A DNA stretch of 64,000 bases, from contig NC_042998.1 of NCBI RefSeq assembly GCF_006345805.1, positions 116,870,001-116,934,000 on the forward strand. The letters are read 5' to 3'. Below are positions 63,083 to 64,000 of this stretch, one piece after another. Every line of letters begins with the position of its first letter. The first letter of the stretch is position 1. The translations under genes were made by a program, and so were the position numbers. The stretch comes from Octopus sinensis (lineage: Eukaryota). The notes under the pieces were generated by a model. That model made no database searches. It saw only the letters and a program-made list of their open reading frames with translations, and was not told where the DNA came from.

Positions 63083-64000
63083 CTTATGAATATATATTGT
63101 TAAATTATCTCATTGTTTCACAAAGCATCTTCTAATCTTATTCATGTTTACTAATTGCAGCTAACCCCAAACATGGAAATATTTTTAAATAACGTTCAGT
63201 GGCAGCATTTACGTATCAATTTCGTAAATTGCAAATAAGAAATTGAGTTCTATTGCTAGCCTAACACATAAGTTAATCGATATTGTAATATATGTACAAA
63301 TGTGCTTGAAAGTGTGAACTTTTCATAATTAAATCTTGTATTTTTAATGAGATCTATCATCTGATCGTATTGGGTGTTCTTTGGGCCGGCATTTCCAAAT
63401 GCTATATACGACAACTGACACGTTGGCTTCGAAGTACATTGTATTGGGTGCTCCATTGTTCCTTAAATTGGCAGAAAGTTTTGGAAAATTATTGTTATTC
63501 TGTGAAGTATAGAAGTAACTTAATATCATTAATAGCGTCAAAATATGATTTGGTGTTTACTTGTAAGCACTTAGTTTTCCTGGTACTAAGGCTGCGTTTC
63601 CTTACGAACTTCTGCAATCAATACAAGTGTTAATTGAATATATTAGTTAAATTTATCGACTGTTCACTCATTCACAGTTTGTTACTCACAGTGCATATAG
63701 AATCGATATATACTGTAATGGTGGTAAAAAGTTTTACATGATAAAAACGTATTGTTGCAAGATATGTTTATTCCTGGAATTCAAGGTAAAAAATATGATA
63801 ATATATTAAAAGAAATGAAAACAATATATATTAAGACAGTTGGGTTGACACATCAGAAAAGGAAGTAATTTTAGCAACGTAATTGTAAGAAGATTAAAAT
63901 AAAATCAAAAACATTAAAGGTAACGCAGAAAAATATTTAAAATTATGCAATAATAACTATTAGAACAATATATAAATGCAATGAAACTATTAGAATGATG

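Overview
AT-rich eukaryotic DNA dominated by microsatellites and transposable elements, with no host gene, rRNA, tRNA gene or CRISPR array that I can support. The repeat repertoire resembles what I recall of octopus (coleoid cephalopod) genomes; this is an unverified impression. Retroelements: several tRNA-derived SINE families, R4/Dong-type restriction-like-endonuclease LINEs beside (TAA)n, a young 5'-truncated RTE LINE, a Tx1/L1 element with near-complete ORF2 inserted in (GATA)n, and at least five Penelope-like element (PLE) remnants. DNA transposons: two mariner remnants, two DD37D/maT fragments, a Chapaev3-like fossil and a MITE-like element. The most interesting signal is a cluster of PLE-associated type I hammerhead ribozyme motifs at 4.7-9.6 kb, with further motifs at 16.4, 17.2 and 41.4 kb. 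It includes three motifs with a compensatory U3-A8 core, a PLE derivative bracketed by two different hammerheads (predicted 1123-nt excised RNA), and a perfect 124-bp fold-back duplication placing two identical hammerheads facing outward. All pairings were read by eye; no folding, alignment or database search was run. Most ORFs in the track are microsatellite or antisense shadows.
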